64,000 bases of DNA from Macrostomum lignano (taxonomy: Eukaryota): assembly GCA_002269645.1 (NCBI GenBank), contig NIVC01001448.1:1-64000 (forward strand). Direction: 5' to 3'. Under the pieces are notes generated by a model. It was given only the letters and a program-made list of their open reading frames with translations. It was not told the DNA's origin and ran no database searches. Of the stretch, positions 48,401 through 64,000 are shown piece after piece; the stretch's first letter is position 1, and each line of letters opens with the position of its first letter. The position numbers and the translations under genes were made by a program.

Positions 48401-51218
48401 TGACCACCTCATCAGCCAATCCATGACCACTCATTAGCCAATCCATGACCACCTATCAGAAACTCCATGACCACCTATCAAACACCCCATGACCACCTAT
48501 CAAATCCTATGACCACCTATCAAACACCCCATGACCACCTATCAAGCACTCCATGACAACCTATTAGACACTCCAAGACCACCTATCAAATACCCCATCA
48601 TAACCACCTTATCAAGTACTCCATCAGCAGTTATAAAGCCCTACATAGTCTACATAACTAATTATGAATCACTTCATAAGCGCACTTGTCAGTAATCCCA
48701 TCTATTAATGACTATGAAAAGTCTGATATTTGGTCCCCGAGCTCTCATTAAGCTTTAAACCTACTGACGCTCCATTTTTCATCAGCAAACATCCCCAAAT
48801 TCCCTTAATCCCCAGGTGTACCGTTCCGAGTGGCGCAACGACCCCGTGGCGGTGAAGATATTCAGCAGCCGGGCGGAGAGCTCCTGGTCCACCGAAGGTC
48901 ACATGTACGAACTACCCGGCATGCGACACGACTCCATCCTGGGCTTCATTGCTATTGATAATATCGATATTGGACTGGAGACTCAGCTGTGGCTCATTAC
49001 AGACTATCACGCAAATGGATCTCTGCAGAGCTACCTGACCAGGTGTACAGTGGATCAGCACACCATGGCTCGAATGCTGCACAGCATTGCCAGCGGTCTG
49101 GCTCATCTCCACAGCGAAATCACCGGCGTGAAATGCAAACCAGCGATTGCGCATCGGGATATCAAATCCAACAATATCCTGGTGAAATCCGATCTGTCTT
49201 GCTGTATTGCTGATTTTGGTTTAGCCGTAGCTCTGCAACCCGGCTGCGGCAATGTTATCGGATTTGGCAGCGGCGGACTCGGAGTTGTAGGCGGCAGCGA
49301 TAGCGGCATTGGAGAGGCTAACAATGGACTAGTTGGTACCAGGCGCTATCTGAGTCCGGAATGCTTGAATGCTAGCCAGGATGCCAGGGATTTCACCGCT
49401 CTGCGCAAGGCTGATGTCTATGCTACTGGATTAGTGTTCTGGGAGCTTGCCGTCAGGTGTCATGATCCCAATAGGTGATTGCCATGTTTTTGTACTTTTG
49501 CTTTGCATTTTGGTATCGTCTCAGGTAGTTTTAGCATCCCAGATCCCCAATAAACAGATCAGATGAGACCAGCATCCCAGATCCCCAATAAACAGATCAG
49601 ATGAGACCAGCATCCCAGATCCCCAATAAACTGATCAGATAAGGCCAGCATCCCAGATCCCCAATAAACTTATCAGATGAGGCCAGCATCCCAGATCCCC
49701 AATACAGTCAATGATGATAAGATGCCAGCATCCCATATTCCCAATACTGATGAAATAAGGCCAGCATCCAGATCCCCAATACAGTTAATGATCATCAGAT
49801 GAGGCCAGCATCCCAGATCCCCAATACACTGATCAGATGAGGCCAGTATCCCATATCCCTAATACACTGATCAGATGAGGCCAACATCCCAGATCCCTAA
49901 TACACTGATCAGATGAGGCCAGCATCCCAGATCCCCAATACATTAATCAGATGAAGCCAGCATCCCAGATCCCTAATACATTGATCAGATAAAGCCAGCA
50001 TCCCAGATCCCTAATACATTGATCAGATGAGGCCAGCATCCCAGATCCCCAATACATTAATCAGATGAAGCCAGCATCCCAGATCCCTAATACATTGATC
50101 AGATGAGGCCAGCATCCCAGATCCCCAATACACTGATCAGATGAGGCCAACATCCCAGATCCCTAATACTCGTACATTGATCAGATGAGGCCAGCATCCC
50201 AGATCCCCAATAAACTGATCAGATGAGACCAACATCCCAGATCCCCAATAAACAGATCAGATGAGACCAGCATCCCAGATCCCTAATACATTGATCAGAT
50301 GAAGCCAGCATCCCAGATCCCTAATACATTGATCAGATGAGGCCAGCATCCCAGATCCCTAATACACTGATCAGATGAGGCCAACATCCCAGATCCCTAA
50401 TACACTGATCAGATGAGGCCAGCATCCCAGATCCCCAATACATTAATCAGATGAAGCCAGCATCCCAGATCCCTAATATATTGATCAGATAAAGCCAGCA
50501 TCCCAGATCCCTAATACATTGATCAGATGAAGCCAGCATCCCAGATCCCCAATACACTGATCAGATGAGGCCAGCATCCCAGATCCCCAATAAACAGATC
50601 AGATGAGACCAGCATCCCAGATCCCCAATAAACAGATCAGATGAGACCAGCATCCCAGATCCCTAATACATTGATCAGATGAGGCCAGCATCCCAGATCC
50701 CCAATACACTGATCAGATGAGACCAACATCCCAGATCCCTAATACATTGATCAGATGAGGCCAGCATCCCAGATCCCCAATAAACTGATCAGATGAGACC
50801 AGCATCCCAGATCCCCAATACATTGATCAGATGAGGCCAGCATCCCAGATCCCCAATGCAGTAACCAGATAAGGCCAGCATCCCAGATCCAATGATTATA
50901 ACAAAACCACATTGCAGAGGCATCACGGCTGAGCCAGAATACCAGCAACCCTATCACGATCTGGTGCCCAACAATCCAACCTTGGAAGAGATGCAAGCCG
51001 TTGTCTGTCCGCCAGCCAATGCTCGGCCGCCAATTCTGCCTATCTGGCATGAGCACCCGGTGCTGAGCAGACTGTGCCAGGTGCTCACTGAGTGCTGGTA
51101 CCAGTCTCCAGCCGCCCGACTGGAGGCCATGTCAGTGAAAGATCAAACAGCTCGAATGCTGCACTCTGCTAATGAGCTGCTGGCTGCTGATAAGGAAACT
51201 GGCACAGTGGTTGCCTAA
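36464..51218 (+). CDS. TGF-beta/activin type I receptor Ser/Thr kinase (ALK4/5/7-Baboon-like), 5 exons (36464-36984, 46516-46852, 47392-48042, 48816-49474, 50918-51218), ~822 aa
   Basis: Signal peptide; Cys box CCSEPSGCN; [28 protein letters not shown]; GS box [19 protein letters not shown]; IGQGRFGQV; VAVKIF; L45 loop [15 protein letters not shown]; [17 protein letters not shown]; [10 protein letters not shown]; [18 protein letters not shown]. Splice phases 2,0,0,2 match. Attachment of exon 1 across the 9.5-kb intron is inferred from phase and the signal peptide. Confidence 0.9.
37299..38508. mobile_element. Non-autonomous hAT-type DNA transposon, 1210 bp, TIR TAGGGGT(T/C)GGAC, 8-bp TSD ACCAAGAC
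   Basis: accaagac at 37291-37298 and 38509-38516. Subterminal (ATCTCGA)-type repeats at both ends. An 8-bp TSD with TAGGG termini fits hAT. Confidence 0.88.
37725..38113. repeat. ~155-bp-arm inverted repeat (foldback) inside the hAT element
   Basis: 37725-37879 is the near reverse complement of 37958-38113, with a spacer of about 80 bp. Confidence 0.85.
40134..43509 (+). mobile_element. Non-autonomous Helitron (~3.4 kb) carrying a 22-23-bp satellite array
   Basis: 5' A^TCCTATATACTAAAAATGAGTTGTTTGTTTGTACGC..GGCTGGACCGATTTT. 3' hairpin GCTCCCC-AAC-GGGGGGC, then GTAGATTG-CTAG^T. Inserted between A and T with no TSD. Confidence 0.85.
40750..42430. repeat. 22-23-bp satellite (AATCATAGAAGCGTCATGTAAAC/A)n inside the Helitron, interrupted by a second copy of the Helitron 5' segment (~41241-41345)
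   Basis: Tandem units; 40700-41240 is duplicated at about 41365-41900. Confidence 0.93.
43938..44105. mobile_element. Intact palindromic MITE (~165 bp)
   Basis: Arms aacctagggattcacccggccattctattggcaac..gctattgg and ccaatagcaac..gttgccaatagaaatggcc..cccaaggtt surround a short spacer. Confidence 0.75.
48240..48600. repeat. 22-bp minisatellite (TCCATGACCACTCATCAAGCAC)n in receptor intron 3
   Basis: Tandem units. Confidence 0.92.
49535..50890. repeat. 38-bp minisatellite (CCAGCATCCCAGATCCCCAATACATTGATCAGATGAGG)n filling receptor intron 4
   Basis: Tandem units with period 38. Confidence 0.96.
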
Positions 51219-51989
51219 CACAGACTGACCGATATGTTGAGTCAACAGTTTTATGGGATAATAGGTTTCTGATTGTTTTGAACGAGCGTAAGAATAAATT
51301 GATACAAGTTTCTGCTGTAGTTCAGTGTGTTCTTCACTAATAAGTTTGTATCAAACAATTGATAGGTGTTCATTTGAAGGTGAGGTGAAACAAAATGTAT
51401 TTTTTAAGATTCGTTTAATCTGTTCGCTTTTTTCGCTTTGCTCGCTTCGCTTTTTGTCCCGGTTTTGTCTCTACACGTACGTAGCTTATATATTGTATGG
51501 TCATGCTTTAATTCACTTCTTTAGCCTTGCTTATTTTATTGTTTGTGTATATATAGCTTCGTCAATTGTTAACAACCTCAGTTTTGTATGTTATCGGTGG
51601 TTTAAAGAATGTTCAGCATGCCTGGGATTTTGTAAGCCGTCACAGAGTACAAAAAAGAAAGAGGAAAAATCGATATAATCTATCGTCATATTAGTCACTC
51701 TCTGTGTGTATATTTAATATAGAAATCAAAACTCCTATCATATTTTATGTAGATAATTTTAGCTTTGTCTTCTTCCTAGAAAATTTGTTATATTTTTACT
51801 TTTTTGGCAATAAGCTTGAATTCTGTTAACAGAAATATAAGTATGATTATAATGCGTCATTTTCGTTTAGTTTTTCAATGTTTTTTTTCAAAGAGAATGC
51901 TTTTGTTGTTAAGAAAGGTTTTTTTAGTACAGATTATGGCAAGTTTATTATAGTGATTTGACTCTGCTGCAGGCGGCTCCGGGGGTAGA

Positions 51990-52140
51990 TGAGCCTGTCC
52001 TAAGTAAAGACTGAGCAGTCGCAAATAAAGTGCTCCGAGCTTTCTTAACACCACTGGAGAGGCAGAATGGGTATTCCTTACTGTGAGGGTCATGATCATC
52101 GCACTGATGTCCCTGCGGTTGAGTCCGAACGGGGCGGTGT
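51990..52140 (-). mobile_element. Possible 3' remnant of a non-LTR retrotransposon (C-terminal Zn-knuckle region)
   Basis: LNRRDISAMIMTLT in one frame, then C..GC*ESSEHFICDCSVF in a shifted frame. This resembles the LLTGH..C..C..E...H..C.C motif of LINE ORF2 C-termini. Confidence 0.4.
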
Positions 52141-52960
52141 ACACCTATCCCCGGGCTTTGATGCCATCAGCTGAGTTATTCGGATTAGCGACCAAGTTTT
52201 CTATTATCTATCTGTGTACAACTATTTTTTATCGTTAATAAAAGCATTGCCCTATGCCCCGTTTTATTTTTCTATAACTATAAATATGCAATCCGCTTTC
52301 TTTCGCCTCGCCTTGGTGTAGTTGCTGGCCAGCAAGTTTTGTTGTTGTTAATAAATAGAGACCTATTGTTTGCCCCCTGCCTCAATAATTTTTAATTTGA
52401 ACTTTATTTTTAACTACTATTTCTGTGTCACAGCAATTATAAGTGTATTTGCTTTGTTAATTTAATTTCTGTAAGTGTAATTAATAGAATATTTGTTGTT
52501 TTTCGCTTTAAGCGCTTTTAAAATAATGTCACACCATACAGCCTATGTCGCGCTTGTTTGCAATTCGAATTAAAAATCAACAATTGTTATTTGTCTGTGT
52601 AGCTTATTTTTATATATCAGTTTCTGACCGACCCTTGACGATCCTATTTGATTTAGTTATTTAAATACACCTGCATATATAGTGCGTGACTGTCTGTCAG
52701 ATCTGCGCACCTTGTCTGGCCAGTATAAAAAACAATTACTGGTTCTTCTTGAGTTCCTTTTTATTATGTCAAACTATGCCTCTATGGCTCTATGGAGGAG
52801 TTTTTTGCACTTTTAGGTAGGAATACTTGAATAGATTTAGGAAATTTTAAGGTAGCCTATGACACTTTCTTTCCCTGGTGTCATTTGGTTGAGCTATTTT
52901 GGAGTCCATAGCGAAAGAAGGCCTGTCAACTTAATTCTATTAGTTGCATTATTGGGATAA

Positions 52961-53806
52961 CTAGCAATCTAGTACGGCCCCCCTTCGGGGCGCCCAATAA
53001 GCAAGGAGCAAAAAATATTTCATGGAAAACAATTCAAAAAACACATTTTCTTAAGAACTAATTTCTTCTTCACTTTTAAAAATCTGCTTATTCGTGTAAA
53101 ATTGACACGGACAAAGATGTTTGCTATGAATCACTTTTTCTCAAAAATTAACAAACAGACAACAAAATATAGCTACCCCTAAATAAAAAAATATTCCCAA
53201 AACAGCAAGCATCCCCCCAGATAGCAAGCACCCCCTCCAAAAGTAAGCAACCGCAGATAGCAAGCATCCCCTAATGCTCATAGCAAGCATCACCCCAGAT
53301 AGCAAGCATCCTCCAGATAGCAAGCATCCCCCAGGTAGCAAGCATCCCACAGATAGCAAGCATCCCCCAGATAGCAAGCATCCCACAGATAGCAAGCATC
53401 ACCCCAGATAGCAAGCATCCCACAGATAGCAAGCATCACCCCAGATAGCAAGCATCCCCCAGATAGCAAGCATCACCCCAGATAGCAAGCATCACCCCAG
53501 ATAGCAAGCATCCCACAGATAGCAAGCATCACCCCAGATAGCAAGCATCCCCCAGATAGCAAGCATCACCCCAGATAGCAAGCATCCTCCAGATAGCAAG
53601 CATCCCCCAGGTAGCAAGCATCACCCAGATAGCAAGCATCCCCCAGATAGCAAGCATCCCCCAGATAGCAAGCATTGTGAGCAGAATGACCCCGTATCAT
53701 TTGTGTACGTAGGTTACTCAGGCTCTACTTTATAAGCTTAAGTTGACAGGCCCTCCCCTTTGTACACACGCAGAGACAGAAATTTCATTTTTATAGGTAT
53801 AGAAGA
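52961..53806 (-). mobile_element. Non-autonomous Helitron (846 bp) carrying an 18-19-bp minisatellite
   Basis: Minus strand 5' A^TCTTCTATACCTATAAAAATGAAATTTCTGTCTCTG. 3' hairpin GGCGCCCC-GAA-GGGGGCC, then GTACTAGATTG-CTAG^T. The 3' end is near-identical in form to that of 40134-43509. Confidence 0.85.
53200..53675. repeat. 18-19-bp minisatellite (CAGATAGCAAGCATCCCC)n inside the Helitron
   Basis: Tandem units. Confidence 0.95.
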
Positions 53807-53895
53807 TAAATAGTAAGATAAAATATGACCCCTATGTTTATGATTACTTTATATGTTTGTAATATTTTATAAAGTAATATTAATTAAATTCTTAA

Positions 53896-55737
<1,842 letters not shown>

Positions 55738-56169
55738 CTTCACTCTTATATATCTGTCTTGATAATGACGGCCCTCCTTGTATGCTCCAAGTATTTAGTA
55801 CAAGTGCATGTCTTTCAAGATGTGCCATTTTAATTCATAAACATTATCTAACAGTATGTAATAGTTGCCATAATTATGCTTTTATTATTCAGATTTGGTT
55901 GGACTAAAAATTATCTGATCATTAATAAATGCACATATATAATGCTTAGTTATTGTTTTCCTTATGACTTTTATTTCACAGTTTTCTTAGTGATCTAACT
56001 TAGTGCAGAGAAAAAGTATGGATTATGAAAATACTAGTTATATGCCATGCTTCGGATGAAGCTTGCCTAAAATAATAACCTTTGTCCTATTTGCATGCCT
56101 AGCCCTGTACCCAAAACTAACAACTAAGGCACTCTTATCAACACTCACCAGCGTTTTTAACTAAATTAA

Positions 56170-57922
<1,753 letters not shown>

Positions 57923-58699
57923 TGAGTAATATTTTTTTCAATAATGCACCATGTTTATGGTCACGTGGTCTTTATTAGCCCGGTCTGAAACTGGGGCTGC
58001 TTGTGTATTAGTACTGGGTAGCCAGCCCCTCTCCCCTATAGCTCCGCTAGCAACTGTAGCGTATATCTCTAATGCGTATGTCTCTCTCTCTCTCACTGTT
58101 TCTCTTTTCTGGGGCAACATGTGACTCCGCTTCTGCTTGATTGGTCTCGGAGGTTTTTATATGTATATATACACAGTTTTCTTAGAAATAAGCTATAGTT
58201 TTGTACTAGCGGCAGTACAGTTAGAACAACATTGCTTGGCTTTAGTTAGTTACTATGGCCTGTCTCGCCTTCGATTCTGCTTGTTTGCTTGCTTGCTTGC
58301 TTTTTTATATGCGTTTTTTACGGAAATCCAAGAAGACTCTTGCTTCCCCGACGACCCCTAGAAGAAGCGGGCCGCCCCCAGTATTGCTACATTTTGCTTG
58401 GCTGAATTAGCATTTTTCAATTGCTACGCTATTTCAGCATTTTCGGCTTGTGTAGAAGGAAACCTTAAGTGTCCGGCTCTCTGCGTTACTGTAAACGAAA
58501 TCCCGTGTTGCAATTATTGCTTAGGCAAATTCTTTTGAATATCCACTCTAATAGGTTTCTTATATGTAGTTTACTGTTAGTAGATTTATAACTATATATA
58601 GTCCATACGTATATATATCTTTGTTTAATCCCTTGTTCTATTAACTTCAAACCTCCATACAGATGTTTCCCAGATTTACCAATACTTTACATATTAACT

Positions 58700-59520
58700 G
58701 ATTCGTACATTCACCATTCACTGATACTTCACGCATTCACCATTCACTAAGACTTCAAACATTCACTGAGACTTCACACATTCACTGATACTTCACGCAT
58801 TCACCATTCACTTATACTTCACGCATTCACCATTCACTAAGACTTCAAACATTCACTGAGACTTCACACATTCACCTATACTTCACGCATTCACCATTCA
58901 CTTATACTTCACGCATTCACCATTCACTAAGACTTCAAACATTCACTAAGAATTCAAACATTCACTAAGACTTCAAACATTCACTGAGACTTCACACATT
59001 CACTGAGACTTCACACATTCACTAAGACTTCAAACATTCACTAAGACTTCACACATTCACTGAGACTTCACACATTCACTGAGACTTCACACATTCACTA
59101 AGACTTCAAACATTCACTAAGACTTCAAACATTCACTAAGACTTCACACATTCACCGAAACTTCACACATTCACTGAGACTTCACACATTCACTGAGACT
59201 TCACACATTCACTGAAACTTCACACATTCACTAAGACTTCAAACATTCACTGAGACTTCACAAATTCACTGAGACTTCAAACATTCACTAAGACTTCATA
59301 CATTCACTGAGACTTCACACATTCACTGAGACTTCACACATTCACTAAGACTTCAAACATTCACTAAGACTTCAAACATTCACTAAGACTTCAAACATTC
59401 ACTAAGACTTCAAAAATTCACTAAGACTTCACGTATTCACTGAGACTTCACACATTCACCGATACTTCACACATTCACGAAGACTTCACACATTTTCTGA
59501 GACTTGTTAAAATTACTGAG
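58700..59520. repeat. 19-bp minisatellite (TTCACACATTCACTGAGAC)n
   Basis: Tandem units. Confidence 0.94.
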
Positions 59521-60044
59521 ACTTCCTTCATCTAAATCGCTTCTGAGTCTGAGTGAGTAATGCGAACGCGAGTAATGCATTTTATTCTTACATTTACCAG
59601 TTAGTTTCACTAGGCAGAACTTTTTTGTATTTCAATTTTCACGCAGGTCAGCACAAATAGTCGTAGGATTTTCATTTAATTAAACTCTGCAGCCAGTTTG
59701 CGTTCTCCAAGTTTCGCGTACTGTGTGTGTGTACAGAACGTTCTGGCAAGGACCTACAAATCTCTTTTTTGCATCTAGGAAAAGGAGATGGGATGGGATG
59801 AGAAGGGAAGAAAAGTTTTAAAACTGAGCACTGAGGCAGAGTCGCGTTTTTTTACCAACCAAGAGACACGGACAAAAAACAAGATATGTTTAATTTGCAT
59901 AATTGATCTAACCCAGTGGGCAGTTGGTTCCTTGGGAAAAGAGAGTTTTTGGAAAGGTCTGTTTTGTAGTAAGTACTACACTGTCACACAAGATTTTGGC
60001 GGCTTTAGCTATATAATAGTTCATGCTTAGTTTTTTAATTACTA

Positions 60045-60390
60045 GAGGCAGTGGCTGGGTGCAACCCGGCGTACTTTAAGCGACATTTTCGCACAACCGG
60101 CGAGAGGCATTACTGCCCATTCCGCCGACTCCCCTGAGCAGGCACACAAGCGCGCGGATACGCACGCAGTCATACTCATACGCACAGGCGCCCACTCACA
60201 CAGGAGTGTACAGCGGCTCTGACTTTATTTATCGTTAGGCATGTACACTTCACTGTGCCTTGGAGGTTGGCCCTCAATGCCGTTAATTGCACAAGCAGAG
60301 CCAAGCCGAGATTTCAATTTAGCCCGAATCGAGCCTGGGCCGCTGGCACATCAGAGCGCCGCTCCAGGCCACTGGGCTACAGTCTTCCTG
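60045..60390 (-). mobile_element. SINE family copy 3, full length with tRNA-like head (Pol III A and B boxes)
   Basis: Minus strand: A box TAGCCCAGTGG (60379-60369) and B box GGCTCGATTCG (60335-60325), followed by the body shared with copies 1 and 2. Confidence 0.8.
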
Positions 60391-62324
60391 GACGTTAAGT
60401 TAGTAGTACGAATGTTACGGAATGTACATTATGTGTAGCGTTAGCGATAAGATTAGTTAAACTGCTTCGGGAAGAATTGGCTTAGCCTAATCCTTAGCGT
60501 AATAACTTATAGTAGCTGGCACATCCATATGCTCGCCGGTCCCGTTAACGAGGCCCATAGTGCGGCCTCAGTCTGAGTGTGGATTTCTATCCATCCAGAA
60601 TCCCCTCTGACCAAGCCGTCTGCCGGCTCCTGATGCAATTATGCCGTATTATCATCTAGCTACCAAGTCTGCACTCTGTACTATTATTAATCTGGGCTGT
60701 GCATATTGCAGCTCGAACTAGACTATAAATATAAGACTGTTTTCTTTTCTAAATTCAGTATCCATATATGTTAGATACTTGATTGGTTTCATTCTCGCTA
60801 GGCTAATATGCCGATATGTATCGTAAATAGTGTAATCTACAGAAGTTGCAGCTTTCTATAGACTCCACGTTGACAGATTAAGCATATTTGTTGACAATCT
60901 ATGGAAGTTTTGAAATCCTAAGATTTCCAATAAAATATGAAATATGAATGCCAAAAAATTGACAGTTGATGTGTTATGACACATGCTTACCAAAAACAAG
61001 ATTTGATGTACTATGGCGCCATAAAAAATCCCTGAGAGTACAGCTTGTTTATTCTCAGTTGTCATAGCTGACTTGTACATTTTTTGCTAAACATTTCTCT
61101 CTGAAATCTGTGTAGATATTTAGACAGTGTGGACTCGGGCACGAGGAACTCTCTAAAAAAGCTTGAGCTGTCAGCGGCAGCTCTCTCTCTCTCTCTCTCT
61201 CCCCATCCCCTGGGAATGGCATGCCGTGCCCTAAAGCGCCCCAATCCTAGCCAGTTTAAAACAGAGTCGGTTGGTAGTAAGCCCAATGTCCCTATCTATC
61301 TCCTTCCTCTCTTCCAACCTCTTGTCCTTTGGTCCGCTCACTGCTGACTATTCTGGCCTGTGTTAATAATAATGTCCACTTCTGACTATGCAGTTGTTCC
61401 CCTTTCGTCGCTCGCCCGCCCGCCACAACCTCCCCCCCCCCTCTATTTTTGCCTTGGCGTCTCTGTCAGTCACGCGCTTCAATCCAATTCCAGGCCTTTA
61501 CCTTGTATGCCCACTCCACATACTGTACAGAGTCATTCTCCCATCCACTCGTGCATGGTTCGTTAATAATAATAATAATTTTACTCCTTTTTGGATTGAA
61601 ATTGTTAGGTTTTATGGGTGTCTGTCTCTCTCCTTTCAATCCGTCTCTCTGTCTCTCTCCACAGTCTGTACTGTGACTATACGTTGCTGACTGTAGCACT
61701 GATAATCCCTTTCATCATTGGGAATTGAATCGGGATTGTAATTTCTGTATTACAATGATAATGTTATTTTTTCCTCTATCCAACAGATTGCACAAACATG
61801 TAATAGAATTATAATGTAAGGGATGAGTTGTTCCTGATGAGGATTAGCTTGTTGCCGACGTTTACTTTGCTGTTGGCCAGTTGCCAAATCCTATTTAGGA
61901 ACTCCTTGACGGCAGGGGCGCGTGCCTCTCTCTTTCTCTCCACTCCCATACCAGCCTTGCTTTTTGTGGTGTGCGCGCACCGCAGTTGTGGGGGGTCCAT
62001 CACTTCACTGGCTTTGTTGAGCCTGCTAGGAGGCTTTGTTAAAAGTATTATTCAGCCACTCCCAAGTCACCCCCCACAATTTCCAACCCACAGTCTGTCT
62101 TGCACAGTCCGCATCCTCCTCCTCCTCCAATAACGATGAGATGTTAGAGTGATGACTAGACTTGTGCTGTATGATAGAATGAAATCAATCAGCTAGGATA
62201 TAGCTAGCTGGCAATACAACAATAGCATCTTTATTAACAGTATTAACAGTAATAATTATAAACCATTCAATTCACCCGGCACCCATTTATTCCATTGTGC
62301 GTTGTTATAAAAAATTTCACACCT

Positions 62325-63520
62325 TTTACGCCCCATATGGATATCTCCTATAGCATTGAGATTAAGAATCGCCCCATATGGAAATCTCCCACAGCATTGG
62401 GATGGAGAATCGCCCCATATGGAACTCTCCCACAGCATTGAGATTGAGAATCGCCCCATATGGAAATCTCCCATAGCATTGAGATTAAGAATCGCCCCAT
62501 ATGGAAATCTCCCACAGCATTGGGATGGAGAATCGCCCCATATGGAAATCTCCCACAGCATTGGGATTAAGAATCGCCCCATATGCAAATCTCCCACAAC
62601 ATTGAGAATCACCCCATATGGCAATCTCCCACAGCATTGAGATTGAGAATCGCCCCATATGGAAATCTTGTATAGCATTAAGATTAAGAATCGCCCCATA
62701 TGGATATCTCCTATAGCATTGAGATTGAGAATCGCCCCATATGGAAATCTCCCACAGCATTGAGATTGAGAATCGCCCCATATAGAAATCTCCCTCAGCA
62801 TTGAGATTAAGAATCGCCCCATATGGAAATCTCCCACAGCATTGGGATTGAGAATCGCCCCATATGGAAATCTCCCACAGCATTGAGAATCACCCCATAT
62901 GGCAATCTCCCACAGCATTGAGATTAAGAATCGCCCCATATAGAAATCTCACACAGCATTGAGATTAATAACCGCCCCATATGGAAATCTCCCACAGCAT
63001 TGAGATTAAGAATCGCCCCATATGGAAATCTCCCACAGCATTGAGATAAAGAATCGCCCCATATGGAAATCTCCCATAGCATTGAGATTAAGAATCGCCC
63101 ATTATGGAAATCTCCCACAGCATTGAGATTAAGAATCGCCCCATATGGAAGTCTCCCACAGCATTGAGATTGAGAATCGCCCCATATGGATATCTCCTAT
63201 AGCATTGAGATTAAGAATCGCCCCATATGGAAATCTCCCATAGCATTGAGATTAAGAATCGCCCATTATGGAAATCTCCCACAGCATTGAGATTAAGAAT
63301 CGCCCCATATGGAAATCTCCCACAGCATTGAGATTAAGAATCGCCCCATATGGAAATCTCCCACAGCATTGAGATTAAGAATCGCCCCATATGGAAATCT
63401 CCCACAGCATTGAGATTAAGAATCGCCCCATATGGAAATCTCCCACAGCATTGAGATTAAGAATCGCCCCATATGGAAGTCTCCCACAGCATTGAGATTG
63501 AGAATCGCCCCATATCGAAG
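62325..63520. repeat. 41-bp minisatellite (ATCGCCCCATATGGAAATCTCCCACAGCATTGAGATTAAGA)n
   Basis: Tandem units with period 41; source of spurious ORFs 62256-63118. Confidence 0.96.
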
Positions 63521-64000
63521 TCTCAAAGCAAACTAATTACTGAAGTCATCCGTATTTAGTTCACAGTTGACTGAAATTCTATCTCTAAGACTCATTGAAC
63601 GCGCAAGATTCCAACGAAGCGAGAGGACTTCCTGCCTTCCTCTTGGCAACTTGACAGCTAAAAAACTTTGCTGCAAATAATAAGAGAAACATAGGGTAGA
63701 ATAGTTGGGCGACTCTCTGTGTCTTGCATCTACGTCGGTCTATCCACCCAGCCGCCCCCATATAAGATAGGTGTTAATTACAGGAAGTGAATAATTTGCT
63801 GGCCCCCTATATCCTCGGGTGGGGGGGTTACTTCCCGCCACCCTTATACACATCTCCGTTTTGCCTGCCGGCGACCAGATGCCTGTCCAGTGTCCAGCAC
63901 CCCTAATAACACGGTTTGACCAGCCATTTTCCATTAATTGCAGCTAGCTTCTAGTCGAGGCTGAGGTAAATTCGGGCCCCCTTGGCATCCGGTGAATCTG

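Noticed and set aside
60325-60390. Functional tRNA gene
   Set aside because: A and B boxes are present, but I could not build a convincing cloverleaf, and the sequence runs into a repeated SINE body.

Overview
Eukaryotic, intron-rich animal genomic DNA. The mix of GC-rich exons and introns filled with minisatellites or (GACA)n resembles a flatworm such as Macrostomum, but this is an inference from style only. Most long ORFs in the supplied track are artefacts of tandem repeats. Gene models were rebuilt by hand using GT-AG splice sites and phase matching. Minus strand: a Cys/His-motif coiled-coil gene with one frame break (379-2000); a decayed P-element/THAP9-type transposase; a secreted WSC + PAN/apple-like protein gene; and a tight co-directional run DNAAF1 > MRPL54 > NUDT14 > TTC21B (IFT139; 12 exons, 1315 aa). 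Plus strand: a 5-exon TGF-beta/activin type I receptor kinase with atypical architecture, TTC1, and the first three exons of STARD10. Mobile DNA with diagnostic ends: two non-autonomous Helitrons, each carrying a different minisatellite array; a hAT element with 8-bp TSD; a Mutator-like MITE with 9-bp TSD; palindromic MITEs; and three copies of a tRNA-headed SINE. Best leads: a candidate trans-spliced operon linking two cilia genes, Helitrons as carriers of satellite arrays, the unusual type I receptor, and two ~2-kb CpG-free zones.
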